Source of the DNA: the human T2T-CHM13v2.0 reference genome, Homo sapiens
Length of the DNA: 64,000 nt
Assembly (NCBI RefSeq): GCF_009914755.1
Contig: NC_060935.1
Direction: 5' to 3' (one strand)
The position numbers and the translations under genes were made by a program. The notes beneath the pieces are model-generated. The model searched no databases and had not been told where the DNA came from. It saw only the letters and a program-made list of their open reading frames with translations. Below are positions 13,655 to 25,970 of this stretch, in pieces (positions within the stretch are counted from its first letter, which is position 1; each line of letters opens with the position of its first letter).

Positions 13655-16600
13655 AGAAAGAGCTACTGGCCCACTGCTATGAGCCCAACAATGAATACCT
13701 TGGTGATAGATCCCTCAGGCAGAGTTTCCCTCTAGTGGGAGAAGCAAACACCGCCTAAGTACAGAAGCAATAGCTATATGCTCACAACAGACGATGAGTG
13801 CTGGGATCACGGCTGAAGCGGAAGGTTTTGCAATGCAGAGTGAGTGAACTAGCGGGGTCCAGAAGCACTAGGGGAGGGGGTAGGAAGGAGTGCACGTAAG
13901 ATGTCCTGGGTGTAGGGCGTGAGGGACAGAAGGCGGGCAAGGTGTCCAGGATGGCGCCCCTGGCAGTTGGTGGCATTACTGAAAGGGAAGACGAGAGGAT
14001 GAGATCTCCCACAGCCACCTCCGCCACCTGGAAATCCTTGTGAGATGGAAGCCCCGCGATGCTCACTGGGAGACCGACCGTGGGAGAGGCTGGGCACGGG
14101 CCATTTCCAGAGGCAGACACCTGGTAACTGCAATTTCTGGGACCACTTATGTGAGGACTAAAGAGGAAGGGCCACAGGTTCTAGGAGACGAACAAAATCC
14201 CTCAAGTTCCCTACCCTAAAGATGCTCCCAGAAAAGGCTGCCGAGTGCTCTTTTAAAGTGATATGTGCATCTTTATACTTACATACAAAAGATTCTCAAG
14301 GGGAAGAAGTCTCCATCAGACAGGGCTCTTTCGCCCTCCAGTCCCTGGTGGGGGAGACAGAGGAAAAGCTGATAGGGCGGTGGGGTGTGGGGGCGGTGAA
14401 GGCTCACTGCACAGGAACTGAGGAAGGTGCAGTCACAACACTGTGATGCCAGGGATCTTTTTGGGAAATTCTTTTCCAAAAGGGATCATGAATTTTGGCC
14501 CCTGGAATGCCCCAGAGCACCTCTGATTGGTTCCCTGGCCCTGACTCAGATCGAGCCGGGCTCCACCCTCCATGAGTAAATAAAGGCAGGGACGGAGGGA
14601 GGGAGAGGGAAGGAGAGGGAGCGGAGTGGGCAGACAGGAACCAGAAGGCCAGCGCTGGTTCAGGGAACACACCAGATGAGATTTCAGCGACGGGTGGTGT
14701 GGCAGAATTCAAGACATAATTCTCTGAGCCTTACACACCACTCCAGTTGGGATTCAGCCCTGCCTTGGCAGCCGGCTCAGTGCTGCTTTATAATATACTG
14801 AATTAGTCACTGGATTAGCAAGCACATTTACACACAGTGGCGCACAGCTGTTTAAAGACGCAGGATCCCCTTTTCTAGGTGCCAGATTCTGGCTATAAAT
14901 CAACCATTGCAATCAGCAGCCAGCAAACCCCAGAGGTGCATGGTTCCTGCAGACATCTTCCTTAGGGGAAGCCTGCTAGAACTGCGATGGCCATTTTCTG
15001 GGGACAGGAGGGACATCTGTGGCAAAGAAGGAAAGGTCGGTGGGCTTTTTCTGTCTTGAATCTTATTATCTTCAGGGGGCTGCCAGGTCTTCACTGACCT
15101 GGACCTTCCCGGCAGCAGCCTAGCTCAGGAAATGACGCCTGGGAGAACAGGAGTTCTAATCCTGCCTGGCTGTATTATCAAGTACAGAGTTTTTCTCCTA
15201 AACCTTGAATGGCTGGGTCACCTCCCAGAAAAGAAAAGACTCCAGGGCAAAGAGGACAGTACTTCAGCAATTAAAATAATTTTAAATCCTGATAACATCA
15301 ATTCCAAAAAACTGCCTTGTTGAAGTGGCAAGGGCAATGTCTAAAAATAATGCTTTAGAGTTGGAATCATAACTCAAGCCCTAACTCACGTTCGGTAAGA
15401 ATGCGTGAGAGGCATTTGAAAATAATTGAACTGGCCACAGGGACGGCTCTGGCCCACTTGGTTATGGAGGTGTCAAGTGGAAAATTTTCTGTAACCAGGT
15501 TAATAGTAACCACAGTTTTAACAACCGCTGAAGTAATAACAGCGACAGCAGCAATGAACTTTTGTACAGAATTTAGTGACCTACAAGATAATGGTTTATT
15601 GAGCTCCTGTGGCAATGAAAAAGTATAAAAGTTTTCACAGGAATTATCTCTAATCCTAACAGCCCTGAAAGCTCTTTATTATTACCTCCTTTGTAAGGAT
15701 CAGAAAAGAAAGGTTTACAGAAGTTAAATAATTTGTCTAAGGAAAAATTAGTAAAGATCAAGCCTGAATTCAAACCCAGGGCTGTCTTACCTCAAAACTC
15801 TGCTCTTTCAAGACATGGTGCTGCCTCCAGTGAGGAATATCATTATAACCAACATAATGAAAGGGACGCTGTGTGATTCAGGGACTCAATTACTTACTAT
15901 CAAGCACCCTAAATGTAAATCCCTCTCCTTTGTCTTAGAGGGCTTAGGTACCCAAAGAGAAATAGGGTTTATCTAAACTCTGTATCGTAAGATCATGGTA
16001 AAAAGCCTGTGGCATAAATAAATCCACCTGACAAATATAAGAACCAAGAACCAATTACTAAATAAGGCGAATTTCATTTAGGCTCCTCTAGAACAGGAAT
16101 TTAGAGAAGATTCGTAAAGAGATTTGTGACTAGCTCGTGTAGGCAGAGCCTAGTGTGTATTCTGCACCAGCTTTTGGAAATTCAAGTATTACTTCCTTAG
16201 AACTTGTTTGCCCATAAAAACACTGAAAATATTTTCTTACGAACCAAGGCAGTCGGGGGCAACTGAAGACTTGCATCATCTTTGCTCATCACTCTCTGCC
16301 TGCACCATGCCACTAGGCAGATATTTTGATCAAAGCCAGGAGAAACCAGCGGCAAGTCACCCAGGGCCCAATCTCATTAAAAAAACTAAATCGCTGTTCG
16401 GTTCACCCAGCACCCCAGATCCTTTGGAGACTTTGCAGTCAGCCTGAAATTTCAAAGTTCTTTCATCAGATCATCCATTACAGAAGAGGATGGGTGGAAG
16501 GCATGGAAAAGCCACAAAGCTCCCTGCAAGAGAGACCTTCAGAAATCCAGAAATAGATTCTTTATTTTTAAAAATCTCCAATTGAATCAGAGGTTAACAT

Positions 16601-16876
16601 TATGTCCACCGTGGAGATGCTGATTCATTCTGTGTGTGTGTTTACTTTTCTACAAATGTCCCTCTTGCATCAAGTAGCTTCAAGCCCTAGGCTTGTGCCT
16701 CTGAACATCCCCTCCCTGGAGAACTCTCAAGCTGGGGTGGAGCTCTCACTTCATTCCTCAATTGTCTAATCTGGAGAGTGGGGGCCAAAGCACCAATTCT
16801 GTACACAAGTTTAGTAAATTTGGCTAGCCACCTTTCATGTGTCTACTTTGGATTTGAAAATGCACCATGGAAATCA

Positions 16877-16883
<7 letters not shown>

Positions 16884-16908
<25 letters not shown>
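16884..16908 (+). repeat. poly(T)25
   Basis: Homopolymer run. Confidence 0.95.
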
Positions 16909-17099
16909 ACTTTCCCACTACTAACACATCCCAATGGTAGATATGTATAAGTGAAATGAGTGCGTTCTTCCTGCCCCTATAATGACAAGCCTGACAGAGA
17001 ACACATCACACAGAAGAATGTGCCAAGAATCAAGACCTCTTAGAAGAATGTTAGAAAGTTTTCTCTCCAAATGGATTCTGTCTAAGTAGGAAGGCCTTG

Positions 17100-17310
17100 G
17101 CAACTAGAAAGGTCTAAGATCAAATTTATGACTTGAAAACTCTATGGCTTTGGGCAAATTATCTGAACTTAATTCTGGACTCAATTTCTTATCTACAAAA
17201 TGGGAATTAAGGCATCAACCTCAAAGGGTTGTTTAAAGAATGTGATTATGTATTTCTGTAAAGCACATTGCAAAGTATCTGACACATAGTAGGTACTCTC
17301 TGTAAATATT
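17100..17310 (+). mobile_element. MIR SINE
   Basis: ttgggcaaattatctgaac...tcaatttcttatctacaaaatggg...gacacatagtaggtactc. Confidence 0.75.
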
Positions 17311-18837
17311 AGCTTCACTTCTCTCACTCCTCCAACTGAACTGCAGTTATGTAAAGAAAAGCAAGCATCCAGCAGTTTTGAAGAATGTTTGGTTTCCATT
17401 GGGAGGCAAGGGAGGTGTAAGATTGAACTCTTGATCTTATATGAAATAAGGATGCATTTCCTGTACACATACACATGACTCACCCTTGGGGAGCTCATAT
17501 GTATTTAGCATCCCCACTCCGTATCATATCTCCCACTAATTTAATAACACTCCTTGAATCACCAAAGACTCCAGAGTACTTTCTAAATGTGAACTCATTA
17601 ACTTTCCCACTCTCTCTCAAAGAAAGGCAGCTCACTCACTAGGAGCATCCTTCTTGGAGAAGAATACAAAGATAATGCAGACATGTGTCCATATCTGGTG
17701 GCTTAAGGTAAAGCCAGACTTGGGTATCCTGATTCTCACATCAGGCAACAGAAGGTAATAAGATGACCACCTATGCCACCCTGCCCAGTTAACAGCAGAG
17801 AAAATATTCAAACCGGGCAAAGCTAAGACCAAGGACCCCTTAGGCCTGACCCAAAACTATTGGTACATGGAGGGCACCAAGCCATAGTGCTGAACCCCAA
17901 TTGGAGGAGGAGACACACTTCGTGACCTCACTAGGATTTGCTTTACAAGATAAGATTTTCCCGGCAAGCATTGAAGTTAGTGCCCAGATTCAAAACAGCA
18001 AACTTAAAACTATTATCTTCATGCTTGCTATAATCAGGTGTACCGCCCAACTTCCCATCCCTACCTCCCCTTCCCTAGTAATCCAGAGGTACTCAAGGTC
18101 ACTACTGGCTACTTAAGGTTTACATCCACTCCCAAGGAAACACCAGCAACCAAAAGAATACTTCCCAGATGGAAAACCAGTCATTTGACCTTGGAATGCT
18201 CTGCCTCCCATAATGACCAAAATAAGGTCCGGCCAGAGGGGCTTACGTTTTTTGGTAAGGAACAACACATTGTTTTAGAGAGATAATCTGACATAACTCT
18301 GCTAAGCTCTGAGTGTCTATGCATGGTACCACAGCAAACACCCTATGTCCCAAATGGAAACTAGCAGGGTGAAAAAATTGTTCATCTAAGATGACATTAA
18401 TCTCTGTATGCCTCCTTGGTACAGTTCTTTTCCACAACATGCAGCTTAAGATTCAACAATTTTTTCATTGTGTTTTGTGTTTCCTGAAGCATTCCTCCAG
18501 CTACCTGAAGCTCTCACTGATTAAAATAGACCTCCTTTACTAAAAGGGGTAAACTGAGGCACAGAAGAACAAAGCAATGTGCCTTATAGTTCAGAATAGG
18601 TAAACAAAAATTGGACATCTATTATTTTCAAATCTCTTTAGATTAAAAGAAAAAAAAATGTATTTCTCAAAGTCCAAAGTCAACCTTCTCCAAAGGGAAA
18701 CTGCATGTCTGTCTAGTAACCTATAGGATCATTCACACTTTTTTTTCCTTGAGAAGGAACTAACTTGCCAGCCTACCAACAATTTTGCCAGTGCCTTGGC
18801 ATCAGGCATATCTGCACAACCTTTCCAGAGCCTATAT

Positions 18838-18939
18838 CATAGTGATCTGTTCAAGCTGCTCAAAGCTCAGTAATCATACTAATCTGTGCATAGTGACCAG
18901 TGCTACCTGCTCAAAGCTCAGTAATCAGCCAGCTATGTG
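18838..18939 (+). repeat. Degenerate 51-bp tandem duplication
   Basis: catagtga at 18838 and 18889; identical ctgctcaaagctcagtaatca at 18856-18876 and 18907-18927. Confidence 0.85.
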
Positions 18940-19129
18940 GGACTTGTTATAGATGCATAAAATATGTGGGTGAAATCTACCTCCACCAAAAGAGAAAAGA
19001 ATGCCTTGTTGACACTTTGATCTCAAGCTAACGTTTATTAATAACATCATTATTATATTTAAGTGAATGTACTAGATACTCATCGAATCAAAGAAATGTT
19101 TAAAATCCATGTGGCTGAACTCAAATGTC

Positions 19130-19610
19130 AGGGGATTTGGAGAAACTGACTGGAGCTTCATGTTCTAACTCTCCGCTTATTTGCCCTGGAACCTTGGGAG
19201 GGTAACTTGGCATCGGTGCACTGCACTTTCCTTATTTGTAAAATATTGGTAACTCTAAGGATTACCATGAGCTCAAATGTGGTGAAGTCACATGGCAAAC
19301 TGTCAAATGCTACCAGATATAGCCAAGTATTAAGATGAACTAGCAAACAATATGCACAAACGGACCTTAGTATTTCCCCCAAATTCCACAAACACCCAAA
19401 TATTTCTGAGAATTCTGAAAACAACAGACATGGAATTTTCAAGTTAGCTACAGCTGGGTTTGAATCTGAACTCCTCCACTCAGCAGCTTTGCAACCTTGG
19501 GCAAGTCGTTTAATCTCAGTTTCTTCATCTATGAAATGGCAATAATAATGCTTCACTATTGGGGCGAAATAATGAGGATACTGGCACAAAGTTTGCGCCC
19601 AATAACTATC
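19130..19610 (+). mobile_element. Two MIR fragments (~19130-19330 and ~19450-19610)
   Basis: accttggg...tttccttatttgtaaaat; ctgggtttgaatc...accttgggcaagtc...ctcagtttcttcatctatgaaatgg. Confidence 0.7.
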
Positions 19611-21101
19611 AGAAAATAAACAGAACATGAGGAAAAAAGAAAAGATGGATGGAGATGAGAAGTGCTTACACAAGCACCAGTAGATAAACTCTACACTGTC
19701 ATCAATGATCGTTTTCCTTGTTTTTCCCCCAAAAACTGGCATGCTGAACTTAGGTCCCTGCTTTGGAAAGAGAAGGGTAACTGCGACAGACCTTTCTCAA
19801 AATGCAGAAATAACATCAATCAGATGAGACTTCAGATAACCCCCATGTGCGGGCACCGCTCTTCCACCGCCGCCACAGCCCAGTACATTTGTAGCTTCTG
19901 GGGTGGCTGGGGAAGCCAAGGCAGGTGGTTTCTTGTCCGGCTCCAACTCTGCTAAGCAGCGTGTGTCCAGTGAAGGATCAGCCGGTGGCCACCTAGACAC
20001 CATTCTGTGGGCACCCAAAGCACGCAGGCCTGGCCCTTCCCTCTGTGCAAACAGCAGGCCAGGGCCCTGACTTACTGGGCCTGTCAGGAAGAGGCACTGC
20101 CGTGGCTAACAGCAGATTGCATTCTCAAGGCAGGAGGGACTGTTTCTGACCAGAGCAGCCTATCAAGAAGAGGCAGATTGGATGAAATAAGCTCATCACT
20201 CAGCCCACAGACTCGGCCTGCGGAAGCAGCTGGACTAGCTACTTCACCTACTGAATGCTTGACTTACATCTCCCTCCTCCAGGTGAGAACCTGCACTGGA
20301 GCTGCCTTCCGCTGCAACTGCAGCAACGGCTCATGGAAAAGGGAAGCTGAAAGGAAGACCATGAGGAAGGTATGACTCTTGGTTCAGTGCTACCCAAGAC
20401 AACATGCCTCCATTTCCCCAATGGTGAGCTAGGCTGGCAACAATTTCTAACATCTCTGTTTCTCTGTGGAAGTAGCCCTTTACCAAAGCACCCAAAATTC
20501 CTCAATGATTAAGTTGTTATTAACAGAATTTGGGGATTAGGATGCAAATCCCCATGTTGCCTACCTCTTGAATGGCAGTCTACACTCTCTCCAAGCCTTG
20601 GCTGTTTTAAATGTTACCTAAAGTCATAAGATGTCACTGTTAGGAGAAATCTGACAGGTCGTCATTCCAATGAATTTATTTGACTGATGAAGAAAATGAG
20701 GTGCATAAAAATGCAATGACTTGCCTAAGGTCACACAGACAGATACTGATGCAGAGCTGTGGCTGGAGACCAACACTCCCGACTCTCCAGCCCACATTCT
20801 CCTCACAGAGTGGATGCTGTTTATTTCATACACAATATTTATTCCTACTGGTAAGGAACAAATACGGTAAGGTCTTCCTTATCATCTGTGATTCTTCATT
20901 GCATTCTGTGCATTTATTTCGTGTCTTAATGATGTGAGACAACTGATGCATAAGGTATGGAATTAACTTAAATTTTTGGCAAAAGATATCAAATAGGAGA
21001 AATGTGTAGGTACTAGAAGTACAAAAGTCGGTTACATGGAAACTCTTTCACTGAAAATTTCCTGTGATAAATTTCTTAAAGGGTATTTCAAAATCAGACT
21101 T

Positions 21102-21233
21102 GGGCAGGGGCAGTGGCTCATGCCCGTAATCCCAACATTTTAGGAGGCCAAGGTGGAAAGATTGTTTGAAGCCAAGAGTTTAAGACCAGCCTGGGCAACA
21201 TAGCGAGACCTCATTTCTACAAAAAAGAAAAAG
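21102..21233 (+). mobile_element. Free left Alu monomer (FLAM-like) with 11-bp TSD AAAATCAGACT (21090-21100, 21234-21244)
   Basis: Single Alu arm (ggg...cagtggctcatgcccgtaatccca...agaccagcctgggcaacatagcgagacc), A-tail and TSD. Confidence 0.88.
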
Positions 21234-21281
21234 AAAATCAGACTCAACAACACATTTTTATTCTGAACATGAATGATACTA

Positions 21282-21319
21282 ATGCATCACACAACTCTAA
21301 ACGCATCACACAACTCTAA
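21282..21319 (+). repeat. 19-bp tandem duplication A(T/C)GCATCACACAACTCTAA x2
   Basis: Two adjacent copies with 1 mismatch. Confidence 0.9.
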
Positions 21320-22584
21320 TTGCACACAAAAAAAGTAATTAATTGAGAACAGGTATAACACCTGGCACATAGTGGGAGACCCTAGATACTTCAAAAAACC
21401 CGTATCTACAAACACTCACCAGGCTTAGCAGATTCCTGTGCCTGACCGAGGTTATTTTCCATTTGTACCTTGAAAATATGTACCTGATTGATTTTGTCAT
21501 CTTCTCTGAGGTTTAACGCTTATTCTGATAAACTGATACAGAGGTTTTAACAACAGTATGAGTAGGAGGAAAAGTAACCAAAAAAAAAAAGTTACCTATC
21601 TCATAAGCTTACTCAATAACTCTGCTCTACCCTTAAATATTCCTACTTTCAAAGGCAAAATTCATCCTGAGGTTCAAAACGCTCTTTGGGTCCTGGCCTC
21701 CTACTTCCTTCCTTCATCCCTTTCTACAAGTAAGTTTTTTTTCCTTCATGTTTATCTAAGCATCTCTTTCATTCCAATCTTGCAGCATTCTTCCCACGCT
21801 GCTCTCTATATGGAAAATAATCCTTTCCCTGTTCTTACACCTCCTTCAAATGCTTCAGAAGTGCCCCTGTTTCCCATGAAGCTGACCTATGAAACTAACT
21901 TAACACTGTTGCAAGAGAGAGCTTCACAGACACAGAAAATACCAACAGTCATTGATCCACACATATTTTCATAAATGTAAACACTGGTCCTCCTGCATTT
22001 TTTGCCATGGAAGCACCTGGAACCCAGGGAAGACTTCATCTGAGTTGTCCTGACCACCCATCTACCCATGAGGGATTTAAAGTATTCAGAAATGACCACA
22101 GGCAAGGAGTAGAAACAACAGACCCAAAACTGCCCATGGGGCCACCTGAGCCTGGAATTCCTAACCAGGTGTAATGCTTGGCCCAGATGAAAGCTTTTCC
22201 AAGAATCTATGTAATATCACTTAAATTCGTTCATCTTTAGTTTTACAATTTCCTTTCATTCATTCTTTCATACTTTCTTACTCTTCCTGTCCTCATTCTT
22301 ATTCTTGTCTTTTTTTAATTCAAAAAGAATTTTGCAATTGAATCCACCATTCCTTTCCTCCCCTTCTAAAGAATTGAGGGCTTGTTTTTTATTTTTGCTT
22401 TTGTTTTTGCCCACTTTAATGGTACAAAAAGAAAACACAACATTTTTTTTGCCCCTTTTCAGCCCAAAGTAAAATTTCTTATCTTCGATAAACATTTAAA
22501 CAAAACAAAACAAAAATTGCAATTGTCTTCACTTGTGTAATGAAGACACGTCCCTCTACTTCAAAGTTCATTTTATCTCTCTGT

Positions 22585-22619
22585 CACACACACACACACA
22601 CACACACGCGCGTGCACAC
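22585..22619 (+). repeat. (CA)11(CG)3TGCACAC alternating purine-pyrimidine tract
   Basis: 35 bp of uninterrupted R/Y alternation. Confidence 0.93.
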
Positions 22620-25600
22620 TACATGCAGAGTTTACAGTTTCTCCACAGAACCTTGCAAAGCAAAAATAAATGGCTTATCACAGCTACCCAAAGCTACCAA
22701 GAGGTTTCAAATGCTTGAAGTGAACTTGTCTGAGGTTGATTTGGGTTTCTCAGACACTGAGAAACAAATTTAAAATATAATCCATGTTTGGGGGAAAACC
22801 ATACTAAACTTAAAGGGCTTCAAACTCTTAATCGTGCCTTATTAGCTTACTTAGATGGTCTAAACCCTGAAATTGGCAATTGAGAGAAGATATTCTAGAA
22901 AGTACGATTGACCAAATTTAGTGTCTAACTCGGGTGGCCCTCATCTGTGGGGAGAGCCCCAGTTAATGTCTGTCATTCTGATGCAATTATTAATAGTGCC
23001 CCTTTACACTCTCAAAGGTATCCCAGTTTGGGTGGTAAATTATACGATTTTCTATCTCTACACCATTATGATCTGAAGTCCAACAGCCTTAAAATTTCTA
23101 ATATTACTTTGGGTCTAAAAGCACTATCTGGGTCAATATTCCACAACTCTTAGAGACAGTACTAAATGCTACAAGAAAGAACAATTGAGAAAAGTGGAAG
23201 GGGCAGTAATAAGCCACATTTGAAGTGTCAAGTGACAGGCTTGCACCCAAGCAGTAGACACTGGAAAGCACCTGGGAAATATGACAGCGTTGGCCAAGTG
23301 ATCAATAAAATATTTACGGCTTGAATAGCAATATTTTGAGCGTGTCTGTTAAGCATGGCTCTCTGCCAATGAAACCAGACCTACCACAATCCACCCTGCA
23401 GACCTATGTCTTTCTGTATCTGCATGGAGATTATACATTATACAATCAGAAGGAAAAGGGGGTGCAGATAGGCGAAGGCTTCAGAAAAGCAGCCAAGTAG
23501 AAATAGCCTGTTTATGCAATTTGGAAAACATCCACTGAAGTTTTGAAAAAGATATCATCAACCCGACAGAAAAAATAAAGCAGAAAGTAGCTAGAGACAC
23601 ATGACAAGTAAAAATGATAGATTTGGGAATAGCCTTGACATTCCTAACCCTGAGTTAAGAACAGCTTAACAGCTGTGAGCGAAGGGTAGACCTAGAATAC
23701 TGCAAACATAGAGGCAAATGCTATCAGAGGTTCCTTGTGAGCAGGAAAATGGAGCCAAGGTTTTCATTAAGGAGCAGCTAAATAAAAACACGGAGATGAT
23801 GTTGTTCATATACAAATTCCTCTCTGCGGTGACAGTGTGGGCCCAAGCATACTAACTCTTCGGGAAAATGCTCCCCATAATGCAGTAATAAAGAAACCAA
23901 TGCCTTAACCTTAAACAAGTGGCAGGGGAGTGTGCCTGTGTGTGAGCCATGGGCTGGGACAGCTGGCAGGTCTGCAGGTAGACACCTGGGGCTGTCTTGT
24001 GCCAGGACAACTCCAGACCATGTGCCCTGACACATGGAATGGACTTTTTTAAAAAAAACTAAATTTTAGGGGAAAAAACGAAATTTATATGAGGCATAGG
24101 CAGCAAATGCAACTCAACTATCTATGGCCTCTCTGCAAGCAGGATAATTAAATTTTAACTGCCTTAAGAAAATGAACTAGTTTGCCAAGCTATGTCTCAT
24201 CATCCTGATTATGAGAGATTCAATGCACAGCAACATCAGTGATGAAGGGGAAGAAATGGGCAGAATCTGGAGGCTCAGCGAAGGACTGACCTTGGAGGTG
24301 AACATAATCACCTTCCTACCTGTGAGAGAGCCAAGGCCATATGGAAGACGTTGCAAAAACAAGAATCCTGGTTCTCTGCCTTTCATTCTGAGGTAAGCAT
24401 TGCTGGAACTTTCAAACATCTTTCTAAAGCAACACATCTGGACTGCCAGGCCTGGGGACAACCCACAGGATGGACCCTTTCCCCAAGCCGTATGAAGCAC
24501 TGAGCTAACAATGAGGCCACCTGATTCAGCTCAGGGGGCTCTTGCAGAGATAGCAGGGAGCCACTGTACCTCCTGAACCCCCAAAGCACCGACCAGCATT
24601 GCCTTCTCACCTGCCTGTGTTCTAATTTCCAGAGTTTTTGAGAATAACTCAAAATTTTAGGTATAAAATGCCTACAACATCTCATCAGTTTCTAAATTTC
24701 TAGAGTGTGGCCTTAGGCCAAGTATGCATCTCTCAGAAACTCATTTTCCTCATCTGAAAAATGGAGAAAATAATACTTCCACCACACCTCAGAGTAAGTG
24801 TGAAGCATAAAAGTGCTCTTTTATCTGGCTGTGCCCAGCACACAATGCAGGCTCGATGCGTGCTTCAGAAATATCCCAACAACTTTTGAATGACAAGAAC
24901 CTACCACCTTCAATGCAAGCTCATGGAATTCCACCACAGCCATGGATTATTCATTACACAAACCAGAGAGACATCTGTAATTACACTGTCACTGTAACCA
25001 TTGCAGAGTTATCTGCTGTATTCTGAAACAGGGAGACTCTCCTGAAAAATCCTGACCTACACTAACCAGCTCTCAGTTTGCAGAGATTTGATGGAGCCCA
25101 GAGAGACCTGGGCTCCGGGAGGTTGACCACGAGCTGGTTTGTCTCCTGGAGGGAGGCGATGCTCCTACAGGGTGGTCTGGCCTCTTTAAGAGAAAAAAAA
25201 AGTTACACAGACAAAAAAACAGCAACACAAACCAACCAAAAATGCCAGGAATGCAAGCTCTGCCAACCAAATAAATAAATAAAATAGGAGATGCTTTATA
25301 ATAACTGGACATGATGCATTTCTCAGCCCTGCATAATTGAAAACTTGACTTTTCCATCAACCCTGCAAATGTTCCCCTTGCCTCTAGACTTGGTAGCCTT
25401 CCTGCTCTGAGGTAACAATGACAATCTCCATCACCCAAAGTAACTGGCAACCCCCTCCCTGTGCCTCCAACAGTGAGAGCTGGACTTCAAGACACTCTCT
25501 GAAAGTTACCTCTCACTATTTGCTCCCTGGAGAACAGAATGAAGTTTCACGGGCATGGGATCTCAGCTAAGCAGGTGAAAAGGTCCTCCTTAACTTTACT

Positions 25601-25739
25601 CTTCTTTCCCTCTAAAATAATAGATTATCAGGAGGTACATAACACAGCCACCTTATCTTCTAACAAACATTCAAGGGCCTCTGAAAATTCTACACTGATC
25701 AGGATCATTTTTTGTTGACTTGCTCTGTAGTTAACTGCT

Positions 25740-25970
25740 AAATAGTATTTATTATGGATCAGGCACTGTTTTAAGATTTTGCACATATTCATAGATTTAA
25801 TCCTGATATTCATCCTATGAAGTAGAATGATTGTACTCATTTTATAGATGCAGAAGCTGGAGCACAGAGAGATTAAGTCATTTGTCCAAAGTCACACAGC
25901 TGCTAAGTGGCCGAGCTGAGATTCAAATCCAGACAGGCTGGCTCCAGAGTCTCTGCTCTGAACCATAGAG
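25740..25970 (-). mobile_element. MIR SINE (well preserved)
   Basis: aggcactgttttaag...cattttatagatgcagaagctggagcacagagagattaagtcatttgtccaaagtcacacagct...gattcaaatccagacaggctggctccagagtc. Confidence 0.85.

Noticed and set aside
13950-13970. CTCF-like motifs at ~13955 (minus) and ~37741 (plus)
   Set aside because: One G short of the core spacing, or a poor 5' half.
19158-19742. 194-aa minus-strand ORF
   Set aside because: Largely antisense MIR sequence (HFIDEETE... is the typical MIR translation); no splice or Kozak support.
18838-21319. Direct repeats with spacers as a CRISPR-like array
   Set aside because: Only two copies each, in mammalian intronic DNA with no cas genes; these are simple local duplications.
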